From contig MU058423.1 in the NCBI GenBank assembly GCA_013265495.1, forward strand, positions 3,487,061-3,551,060: a stretch of DNA of 64,000 nt, in the 5' to 3' direction. This DNA comes from Vicugna vicugna. Lineage: Eukaryota. The first letter of the stretch is position 1. Every line of letters begins with the position of its first letter. Shown here piece after piece: positions 53,351 through 64,000 of the stretch. The translations under genes and the position numbers were made by a program. The notes under the pieces were generated by a model. The model searched no databases. It saw only the letters and a program-made list of their open reading frames with translations, and was not told where the DNA came from.

Positions 53351-56130
53351 TGTCAACCTAGGAGGCTATAATCAAACACAAAGTGTTTATTTGGGATCAA
53401 AGAATTGCAATTCCTTGCACACAAATTTGGGTAGCAGCCTGAATAATGTCTGCTAGGGAGTAAAAGTCAGGGGTTTCTTATGCCAAAGAAGAATTTTAAT
53501 TGGAGTTGGAGGCAGAACCTAGCTGGCTCAACATGACTGATTGCTAAGGGTACCACTAGAAGGAGGTAAGAGTTTGTTACTGTGACAAGTTGTGGGCGTT
53601 CTTGCAGAGTCCTTGAACTGTCTGTGGTTTGGCCTCACTCGTAAGTTCATGGTGCGATGTGCGTAAGGTCCACCTGAATGGCCTCCCAGCTTCATTTTAA
53701 AACTTATGACATAAGTGACTCCGTTTTATTTCACGTTTTCCTCTTTTGATCAAGATCATTCTCTAAAAGCATTGACAGTCAACTTACAGGTCTGCTTTGT
53801 CTCGTGTTGCTGGGATGGGCCCGTCCCAGAACACAGTCGTGTTCCATGTCGGGGGTAGTTTTAATCTCCGAAGGTTATTTTAAGGAGTCAGTGTCATAAG
53901 GGTTAGGCCACATTTGAGCAACAGGGAGGCATTCAGGAAACAACTCTTAGGCAGGTCTGGTGGCTCATAAGGCAGTTGTCCTTGTGGCCTGATCAGCCAG
54001 ATTATTTCCTTTGGTGTCACCTGGATTTAATTTCGGAGGCCCAGGTACCTTAATGATGGCCGGGACAGGTGGAAGTTGGATTGATTCCAACAATTTATTG
54101 ACCCAGTTTTCATTCTTAATCAGGTTTCTTCCTGAGGTTAAGAATCCTCTTTGTTTTCTAAAGCACGCCAGGGTCGTGAAGTACCCTAAAGGCACAGTGA
54201 CTATCTGTGTAGGTATTCAGGGTTTTACCTTCTGCTCAGGTGCAACCTCTAGTTAAAGCATGGCGCTCTGCCTGCAGGGCTGAAGTGGCCATCAGCAGTG
54301 GAGCTGCCTCAGTCTTAGAAATTGTAGCACAGTTCACAAGATGGTGTAGCACCGTATTTTCCTTTACCGTTTTTCAAATGAGAACCATCAGCAAACCATG
54401 AAATCTCAGTGTTAGCAATAGGGGTTTCTTGTAAGTCAGCTCTAAGGGTTAATAACCGATCCGTCAGGGTCAGACAGTCATGAGCAGTTTTGTCACTAAG
54501 TAAAGAGAGGGGTTGTAGGCTTGAGGTTGCTGTAGCAGGAAGAGGGTGTGTGAGAAGTTGTAATGGTAGTTCTTATGGGGTAAGACGGCTTGCAGAAGGG
54601 AGTTGAGTGTGATGAGAATTGAGCAAGCCTCCTGCTGCGAGGGGGAACACAGACGAGGAGTGGAGGGCCCATAACTATTTGCTCAGAGGATGTTGTAAGG
54701 GCTGCTGCTACTGAAGTAGCTCTCAGGCGCGGAGGAAGACCTCTGGCCACAGGCCTGATTGCTGAATGCAGTAGCCAAGGGGTCAGTGTTGACCTCTGTG
54801 CCTTTGAGTAAGCACTCCTAAGGCATTTCTCTCCTTTCGTACATGAAGTGGAAAAGGGGAAGCTGATAGTTAGTGTGTCCTAAAGCAAGGGCTTGAAAAG
54901 TCCACTTTTCAGCTTCTGGAAAGCCATAAAGGCGTTTTCTTCCCACTCAAAAGGATCTGGTCTTCAGCGTTGAGCAATGAATAAAGAGGCTGGGCAACTG
55001 AAGAATTGTGTATCCAGTTTCTCTAGTATCTGATCAGACCCCCATATCTTTAAAGTTGTCTTCTGGTCTGTGGCTGTGGGAAATTTAAGACACTTTGAAT
55101 CCCTTTAGGGTCTAAATGGAGTCCTTAATCTGAGGTCAAGTGTCCTGGGTATTTGGCCTGCATTCCGCAAGTTGTAGTTTCTCTTTAGAGATCTTATGAC
55201 CTTTAGTTGCTGAGGGAAGATGGATGCTGTCTTGTTCACTTGCTTCCTCGGGAGAGGAGCAGAGAAGGTGGTCAAAATGCTGAAGAAGGTGGACACTTGT
55301 GGAAAAATGACATCTGCTAAATCTGCTTGCAGGATCTGTGAAAAGTAGGAAGGACTTTCAGTGTAGACTTGTGGCATGACAGCCCAGGTGCATTGTCCTT
55401 CCTACATGAAAGCAAATAAAATTTGACTTTCATGATCCACAGGGATGCTGAAAAAGGCACTACAGAGGTCAATTATGGTGAAAAATTTAGTCTCCGTTAG
55501 GTATTGCCATTAAAAGGGCATGAAGGCTAGGGACAACTGGATGACAGTTGATGACAATGTTTGTTTGTTTGTTTGTTTTAACTGAAGTACAGTCAGTTAG
55601 AATGTGTCAGTCTCTGGTGTACAGCACAATATCCCAGTCATGCATATACATGCATATATTCATTTACATATTTTTTTCCATTAGAGGTTATTGATAATGT
55701 TCTTAATATCCCTCAAATCTTGGACAAGTCTCCATCCTCTTCCATGGTGTTTCTTAATAGGAAGAATGGATGTATTACAGAGACTAGTGCAGGGGACTGT
55801 GAGGTCGTGTGTCTTATATTCCTCTGTGTTTCCTGTATGGCTGGTTTAATTCTTGCTGAAGTCTCAGGATTTAAAGGATATTGTTTAACGGTAGGAAGAG
55901 GCTTACCATGGTCAATTTGAATTTTAACTGGGGGAGCCGAATACACCTGCCCAACATGGGTTGTGGATTTTGCTGAGTCTCTCAGGGACTTCTTTGAGTT
56001 TTAAGTTTATGTTATCTTCCAAGCTTGTCTTAAGGGTAAAAACTCCTAATAAGGTTGAGGAGCTTGGAATGCCATCAGTTGTTGAGGAGTTGAATTAATT
56101 TCAAGGATAATTTCCGCTTTTGAGGAAAAG
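53351..56130 (-). mobile_element. Class I (gamma-like) endogenous retrovirus remnant: partial pol (RT, RNase H), PPT and 3' LTR
   Basis: Minus-strand peptides KQYPL, LVQDLRDIKNIVINCHPVVP, IDLCSAFFSIP, MPQVYTESPSYFSQIL, WFADGS and KGNNLADQA. PPT AAAAGAGGAAAA at 53736-53747; putative LTR 53351-53735. Confidence 0.88.
55562..55691 (-). mobile_element. Very short L1 3' end inserted into the ERV RT gene
   Basis: (TTTG)n tail, then actgaagtacagtcagttagaatgtgtc; TSD tga(c/t)aatgtt at 55552-55561 and 55692-55701. Confidence 0.85.
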
Positions 56131-57214
56131 GGGTACAAGTATCTCAGGTCTCTGCTTCCAGTTCCTTTGGGTGTATACCTACCGGTAGAATTGCTGGGTC
56201 GTATGTGATTCTGTGTTAAGCTTTTTGAGGAACGAACTGTTTTCCATAGAAGCTACACCCTTTGTCATTCCCACTAACAGTGTACAAGAGTCCTAATTTT
56301 TCTACATTCTTGCTAATCTTTGTTAGTTTCTGGATTTTGATATTACCCATCCTAACAGGTGTGAGACAGTATCTCATTGTGATTTTGATTTGCGTTTCTC
56401 TGATGAGAAGTGATGTTGAATATTTTTCATATGCTTGTTGTCTGTTTGCATATCTTTGTTGGAGAAATGTCTGTGCAGTGTCCTTTGCCCATTTGTTAAT
56501 CAGGTTTTTTTTTTAAATTGTTGTTGTTTAGTTGTAGGAGTTCTTTATATATTTTGGGTATTAACTCCTTATCAGATATGTGGTTTGCAAATATATTCTC
56601 CCATTACATAGGTTGCCTCTTCACTCTGTTGATTGTTTCCTTTGTGGTGTAGAAGTTTTTAAGGTAATGAAATCCGTTTGTCTATTTTTGCTTTTGTTGC
56701 CAAATCCAATGTCCTACAGATTTTATCTTCTGTTTTCTCTTAGGAGTTTATAGCAGTAGGTCTTATGTTTAGGCCTTTAACCTATTTTGAGTTAGTTTTT
56801 TTGTGTATGTTGTAAGGTAAGAGTCCAACTTTATTCTTTTGCATGTGGGTATCCAATTCTCCTAGCATCATTTGCTGAAGAGACTGTCCTTTTCCCAGTG
56901 TGTAACCTTGGCACCCTTGTTGAAGATCATTTGCTGTGTATTCAGGGGTTTATTTCTGGGCTCGCTTTTGTTCCATTGATCTATGAATCTGTCTTTATGC
57001 CAGCACCACGCTCTCTTGATTGCCGTTGCTTTGTAGGACATACTGAAATCAGAAAGTGTGAGGCCTCCACTTTGTTCTTTTTCAAGGCTGTTTTGACCAG
57101 TTGGACTTCTTTGAGGTTCCATTTGAATTTTAGAATTTTTTTTCTGTTTCTTCAAAAACTGTCATTGAAATTTGAATAGGGATTGCATTGAATCTGTAGA
57201 TTGTTTTGGGTAGT
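56131..57214 (-). mobile_element. L1 late-ORF2 fragment lacking its 3' end
   Basis: Minus-strand GGLTLSDFSMSYKATAIKRAWCWHKDRFIDQWN. Confidence 0.88.
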
Positions 57215-57490
57215 AAATCAGTTTGTTTGGGCTATAAAATAACATAGACTGGGTGGGTGAGTTAAACAGTAGAAATTTACATTTTCCCAGTTCCAGAAGC
57301 TAGAAGTCCAAGATCGAGGTTCTGGCTGATTTGGGTTGTGGTGAGGCTGTCTTACTGGCCTGCAGACAGCTGCCTTCTTGCTGTGTTCCGAGAAAGAGAG
57401 GGAGAGAGAGTGAGTGAGTGAGTTCTCTGGTGTTTCTTCTCATAAATACACTCGTCCTGTTGGGTCAGGACCCCATCGTTGTGATCTTAT
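57215..57490 (-). mobile_element. MaLR LTR fragment (MLT1A/MST-like)
   Basis: agaagctagaagtccaagatcgagg...tggtgaggctgtctt...tgcagacagctgccttcttgctgtg. Confidence 0.72.
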
Positions 57491-58618
57491 GTTGCCGGGG
57501 AACCTTTATAAGGTGATAGAGTTTTGAGAATATCTATCAGTTGAGGGGTACAGAGCCAATAATGAGGGGGAAACAAAAACAAATGAAAATAAACAGGTAA
57601 AAAAAATTAAAAACCCTAGAGAGACCTGAGAGGCAAGGAATGATAATGGATCCTAGGATGGAGAAGAAAATGGATTATGGGACACACAGAGAGAATTTAT
57701 AAGATCATGTATATTTTTAAAGTAATTGTTTTAAGAGTACATTTTCCTATCTCCCCTCGCCTCCCCCCATCCCTTCTCGTCTTAATAGTGTAAATAGTTG
57801 ATTAGTTTCTAGTGAATCACTTTTCTGATTCCTGTAGTTCAGATATGGTTGTCTTTAGCCTTCATGACTTTATTTATTGTCATATTACAGTACTAAATGG
57901 ACATTAAATAAGACACTGAAATATAACTTTTGCTTTCAAATTTATAGAGCTATTCTTGTATAATTGTAAGGTCCAAGTATACAGTTAAATTTTTCACTGA
58001 AAACTTTAAACTAGTATATAATTCCCCCCATGTGTTAGCATATAATTTTATACTTAAGATATTTTATATTTCAAAATTAGATTAACATAATATTTTATTC
58101 ACTTTCTCTCAATTATTGCCTCCTAATGGAATTATAGGGACCTAGGATAACAAGAAAAAAACATACACTTGACTCTGCACCCTTGTTAAAAAAACTACAC
58201 TGAGACTAATTTTGCTCATTTCTAGAATCAGAATAGCTCTATCTCAGAGCTTTTGTAGAACGACTAAATGAAATAACGTATAAAGTACAAAATTAGATGT
58301 ACTTAGTAGTAGTATGTTATTTTCATTTATACTCACCGTGGGAAATGTTCTTTAGAGCCTACGTTTGGTGTGCTATCGAGCTTCACGTTTGTTTCACGGA
58401 AGATGAACAACCAGTACAGACCTCTTGTGTTTTGAATCCCCCGTGGCTTCCCCACCTCTCTGCAGAGCTGCTGCTCCTGGGAACGTGCCTCCCAATCTTG
58501 CAGAAATGCAGCCTGTCTCTCGTAAGGATGAGTAGCTGCGAAGATGCTCATGTTGAGTGAAAGCTGCTGTAAAGTTCGTTTTTTAAATTATTTTTCTTCC
58601 TTTCTGTTTCTCTGGTAG

Positions 58619-58789
<171 letters not shown>

Positions 58790-59073
58790 TGACATTGATA
58801 GAAGTACCTCATCAGTAGCGTGCTTGTGGAACTTCAGGTTCTACTGAGACAGCAGAGCGTGGTTTTAAGACAGTATTCCTCAACCTTTGGTTCATTATTT
58901 CCTCCCTGAGGAAGCTTTTTAGACATTCTTTTCCTAATTCATTCCTCTTCATGAAATTTTAATACCATGGATAACACTGCACGTATATCTGCGGTTTATG
59001 CTCAGAGTTAAGATTTTCTTGCCTGTGTCAAGAATGCCTGTTTTCAGAGCATAGTTGAAAAAAAAAAAAGAGT

Positions 59074-59245
59074 ATAGTTGGCCCTTCATATCCGTGGCTT
59101 CTGCATCCATGAATTCAACCAACTGTAGATCAGAAATATTCGGGAGAAAGAAACCCCAAAACTCCAGAAAGTTCCAAAAAGCAAAACTTGAATTTACCAT
59201 GTGGTCCACTGTTTATGTAGCATTTACATTGCATTTACAAATATT
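59074..59245. mobile_element. MER2/MER8-like TcMar-Tigger fragment
   Basis: tagttggcccttcatatccgtggcttctgcatccatgaattcaaccaac terminus. Confidence 0.7.
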
Positions 59246-60035
59246 TAGCAGCGTCCACATTGGAAGTATTGGTTAATTAATGATTGACTGCTTGGCTGGA
59301 GGAGGGGTGGTTGGCACTTGGAAGAGAGGTTGGGGCTAGAGCTGTAGGTGCTCAGGGTATGCTATTTAAAGAAATGATCATGGGTGATGTTGGCCAGGGG
59401 TAAAGCAGGAAAGCACAGAATGCCTGCTACTTTCATACAGCAATAAAACCCAGCAAATCATAAGAAATGAGAATAATCAATGAGATGGCAGAAGAGGCAG
59501 GAGGGTACGGTATCATCAAAGTCCAGGAGGAGACAGTGTCTCGGTGGGGAGGAATCACAGTTCAAAAGTTGTAGGTCCCATAATAATAAAGAACTCCAAC
59601 CATGATTTACCAAGAATTTGACAAACGCCAGGTGCTTTACATATGTTATTGCTAATTCTTACAACACTGCACAGTTTTCATTCCATTTACCGAGGAGGAA
59701 AACCATTGCTCTCAGCTCTCCCACTTTCTAGGCTAAGTGTCTTCGGACAAGTTTCTCTGTCTTTCTAAGCCTCCAGTTCCTTATTTATTAAATGAGTATC
59801 ATAATACGTAACTTGGAGGATTGGTATATAATTAACCCAATGACTAGCACATAGTAATCTCTCAATAAATAACAGTACCATTGTTATTATCAGGTGCTCT
59901 ACAGGGAGAATTATATAAAGGGGTACTTTCTTGGGCCCCTTGGAATAAATTTGATCCTTTCATTGTATGTTAGAATATCATTCGGAGTCATAATTGCATA
60001 TAGTAATAACAAAACGTGCTTGAATATCAAGTTAG

Positions 60036-60245
<210 letters not shown>

Positions 60246-61627
60246 CATGTTGAATTTTTTGCTTTAGCATGAGTCTTGAAACTTTCAACAATCTCTAGAG
60301 AGAACTCTTCTCCTAGAATTGCAACAAGTCTATGGCAAAAGAAGCTGTATTTTTTTTTTTTTCACAAAAGGGAAGAGCATATCAATGATACCTTCAAACA
60401 TTTGGGCTCAGTTTTATATATTCAGAAATGTTAAAAAACCATAGTTTCGATGGCACATACAATTTTGAAAAGGCCATAAAATTGTATTTTGTCTTTTCTT
60501 ATTAGTCCTTTCTATACATCTCTGCCCTGAATCTTAAATCTGAAAAAATGTACTTGCTTGACCTAAATTTGTTTTGTGTGGTAGAATTATAAATCTTTAT
60601 TTTGGTTGATTCAAGTTTATGCCAGTTTCTTTATACTTAAAAATCTTTTTTTTTTAATGATCAGAAAACCTTGAAACTTAAATTGTTTACATATTTTGAA
60701 TGTCTTTATAGACTTCTTAAAATTTCCTTGTAGGACCATTAATAGAGAATCATTGCATGAAAATATACCTTACAGCAGCCAAATAGGTATTGGGTTTATA
60801 TTTTTCTTTAAGGTGAATAAGAATGAATGTAAGTGGCAGAATTTCAAGGCATGTGAATACCCTAGTCCATTCATACCATTTTTGTGTAAGGAGGAGTCAT
60901 AAAATAATATTTATTTCAGAGGGCCTTTCTCCATTTTTCTTGTACTGTGATTTGATTCCCAGGATGACACACCGTCAATATATTACTGTTAAATTATCAA
61001 CACAAGGCAACTTATTTGAAAGATTCTTTTTATTATCATTGCTTTGAAAAGCACCAGGAAACAAAACCCTTTTACTTATATCAGCTTTTGAAGACCATCT
61101 CTTCTCTTTGTCTTTTGTTTCCTACTTGACTCAGACTTCTGTTTTAATCACGAAGGCTTCTGGGGACCATTCTGGGTTATCTGAATTTCTTAATCACATG
61201 AAGTATGTTGATCGTGGGTGAATGACAGTCTCATTTCCCCCTCACTGTTTAATTTCTTTGACCCTGCAATGCTCAATTTGGGCAGAACAAACCTAGGAGA
61301 ATAGTAGATACTAATAGTAGTATGTATTAATTTTATATATTTGGTACCTATATTTAAATGAAAGGCCCAATTTACAAACATGTACATTCATATTCTCTTT
61401 TGCCCCCAGTTTTAGGAACATGTTATGATACAGAAAACTTAATGTATAATATTGATGGCATGTTTTTATTTTACTAACGCCATTTTTGTAATCAACTGTC
61501 TTTTCTGATTTGTGTGATTAGGACTTAGAAAAATATTTGGTAGTTGAAGTTATTCTTACCATTTTTTAATTTAGTTCTTAAACTCAAGTTTGATTTCTAG
61601 TAATTTCTGATAAATTGCTGACATTTT

Positions 61628-61633
61628 AATAAA
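61628..61633 (+). terminator. Candidate polyadenylation signal AATAAA
   Basis: Canonical hexamer with downstream tttgctttgtttg. Confidence 0.55.
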
Positions 61634-62106
61634 AATCTAGTGACGTAATAGGCATTTGCTTTGTTTGAACCTACCTCTTATATTTTCTGAACCAAAGAGG
61701 AAATGTTGGACTTGTGTTTGTGAAACATATCCTAAAATATAGTTTTCATTATATTAGTTATGCTTGATAAATGTCTCATTGTTTTTATAATACATATGGT
61801 AAGCATGCAACTCCATCTTCAGGGTGTTTGTACTTCTGAGTAATGCATAAATGACAATATTAAGGTAAATGATTAGCTCTTTTTTCAATCCTAAAAATTA
61901 TGGACTGAGTAAAGTTTCAAGCTACTGAAAAATATTCATTGTTCATTATGAATTTAAATTTTTGCTATTTAACGTTTGTAAGGTATGAATGTGATTTATC
62001 TGTGTATCTTGTATCTTTTGAAAAACTGATCTTGTATCTTTTGAAAAGAGCCCAGAGTTGAAGAGAGTTTATTTCTGGCATTACTGCATATTTACGTTCC
62101 ACTTAT

Positions 62107-62112
62107 ATTAAA
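62107..62112 (+). terminator. Candidate distal polyadenylation signal ATTAAA
   Basis: Variant hexamer with downstream T/GT-rich sequence (cttgtttcttc). Confidence 0.45.
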
Positions 62113-62235
62113 TAGATGTATTTGTTTTTAAAAATGACTTGTTTCTTCATTTGAAAAAATAGTCTAACTAAGGCAGAAAAATGGCTGTCATGCATCTTAT
62201 ATCGTGGTAGGAGTTTGAATAATATATATAGTATT

Positions 62236-62923
62236 TTTTTTTAATTGAGGTATAGTCAGTTACAATGTGTCAATTTCTGGTGTACAGCACAATGTTTCAG
62301 TTATACACACACACACACACCTGTATTTGTTTTCATATTTTTTCATTATAGGTTACTACAAGATATTGAATATAGTTCCTTGCACTATACAGAAGAAATT
62401 TGTTTTTTGTCTGTATTTGTATATAGTAGTTAATATTTGCAAATCTTGAACCTCCCAGTTTATCCCTTCTCACCCCTTTCCCCCTGGTAATCATAAGATT
62501 GTTTACTATGTCTGTGAGTTTGTTTCTGTTTTGTAGATGAATTCATTAGTGTCTTCTTTTTTCTTTGTTTAGATTACACATATGAGTGATAGCATGTGAT
62601 ATTTTGTTTCTCTTTCTGGCTTACTTCACTTAGAATGACAGTCTCCAGGTCCATCCGTGTTGCTGCAAATGGCATTATTTTATTCTTTTCTATGGCTGAG
62701 TAGTATTCCATTGTATAAATGTATCACAGCTTCTTTATCCAGTTATCTGTCAATGGACATTTAGGTTGTTGCCATGTCTTGGCCTATTGTAAATAGTGCT
62801 TCTGTGAACTTTGGGGTGCATGTATCTTTTTGAATTAGAGTAATTGAATCGAATAATTACTGATATTGAGCATTTTTTCTTGTGCCTATAGGCCATTTGT
62901 ATGTCTTCATTGGAGAATTGCTT
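62236..62923 (-). mobile_element. Truncated L1 3' end, same family as 1082-1652
   Basis: Near-identical opening ttttaattgaggtatagtcagttacaatgtgtcaatttct; degenerate flanking repeat gtttgaataatatatatagtatt (62213) / gtttgagtaatacacatagtatt (62924). Confidence 0.85.
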
Positions 62924-63759
62924 GTTTGAGTAATACACATAGTATTATTGAAAAGACTCCATATAATTTTTCCAAATATTTTTGCCTTTTCCAAAAAGCC
63001 ACAGCAGTTACTGTCTCTACCATATATTTTGACATAAGATGGTATTTTTTGTGATGTCCAAATTCCACATTTGCCAGTTAGGGTTACACCCCTGGGGGTC
63101 ACATTGCCAAGGAGAACCCCACGTCACAGGGTTTCCTGGCAGATCTTGGTGGAGTATCAGTTTGTCTTGAAGTTGCAGGAAACAAAAACCAAGTTTACTG
63201 GTAAGTAATTACAACAATTTTATAATGCAGATTATACAATTATAAAGATTATAAAAATTTGATTAAAAAAATAAAACAAAACATAAAAGACTGCAAAGAT
63301 ACTCTGTGCTCCGACTTGAATGCTACCCAGGCTCCAGAAGTAACCTGCCAGCTCTCCCTGGCTCCCTGGGGCCCTTTGTCAGAAAAATGCTGCAGATTTG
63401 TTTCTTGCCTGTTTGTCTTATATCCCCCATCAGGAGGATGAGCCTCACGTGACTAGGCATTGTGTTTTATACTAGTCTGTTCTTTGAGCTTTACATTCGG
63501 TCACATGTGTAGAAGTGTGTTATGATTTCCCTGTCCCCAAATTGCCAGCTTTTTGTTCTCATGAATTTTTTTTTTTTTGAGTTTTGTTTTTTGCTTTTTT
63601 TTAGCATTTTTTTTTTCGGCATGTTCTCTGGTTGTCAGTGGGCCCTGCAGCCCTGTACTCAGAAGATACTGGACCACAACCACTGCAGCATTGTTTGCTT
63701 TGAAAGCAGAAATGCCCCAAAGCAGGGCCAAGTGGCATTTCCGTAAACATTCACTTACT

Positions 63760-64000
63760 TCTTGGTTCTTTTCAGTGAGTATTAAATGCCTACTGTGTGC
63801 CAGACACTTTTAGGGGCTGAAGAGACTGCGTTGAACAAAACTCCGTACCTTTTCTCGTGGAGATTATCTAGTGGAGCCAGACAGCAAAGTAAGTACAGTA
63901 TGTAACATGTCATGCTGATAAGGACAGAGGGCAGTGCTGGGGCTGTCTGCAGTTTTAGGTAGAGAAGACTTTGCTGGGCAGGTGCTGTTTAAGTAAAGGC
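63760..64000 (-). mobile_element. L2 3' end
   Basis: tattaaatgcctactgtgtgccagacact...tggagattatctagtggag. Confidence 0.7.

Larger units (their letters stand above)
60246..62130 (+). other. SLC25A24: SLC25A24 3' UTR (end approximate)
   Basis: AT-rich sequence after the stop with no recognisable interspersed repeat. Contains AATAAA (61628) and ATTAAA (62107), each followed by T/GT-rich tracts. Confidence 0.6.

Overview
Mammalian genomic DNA, most likely camelid: it carries a tRNA-Ala-derived Vic-type SINE and several copies of one L1 3'-end family. The window contains the complete SLC25A24 (SCaMC-1/APC1) gene, a Ca2+-regulated mitochondrial ATP-Mg/Pi carrier, on the + strand. Ten coding exons (16791-60245) with GT-AG junctions give 1434 nt, i.e. 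477 aa plus stop. A second CpG-rich region carries an alternative first exon (27371-27490) that encodes a duplicated EF-hand. The rest is intergenic or intronic sequence dense in transposon fossils: L1, L2, MIR, MaLR/MER21/MER34-type LTRs, Tigger/MER DNA elements, an ERV-L integrase+dUTPase remnant and a class I ERV pol remnant. I found no evidence of a new multi-gene system. The most interesting items are a probable L1 3'-transduction in intron 1, the duplicated first exon, and a perfect tandem duplication beside exon 3 that contains a frame-preserving cryptic micro-exon. Repeat family names and boundaries were recognised by eye and are approximate.
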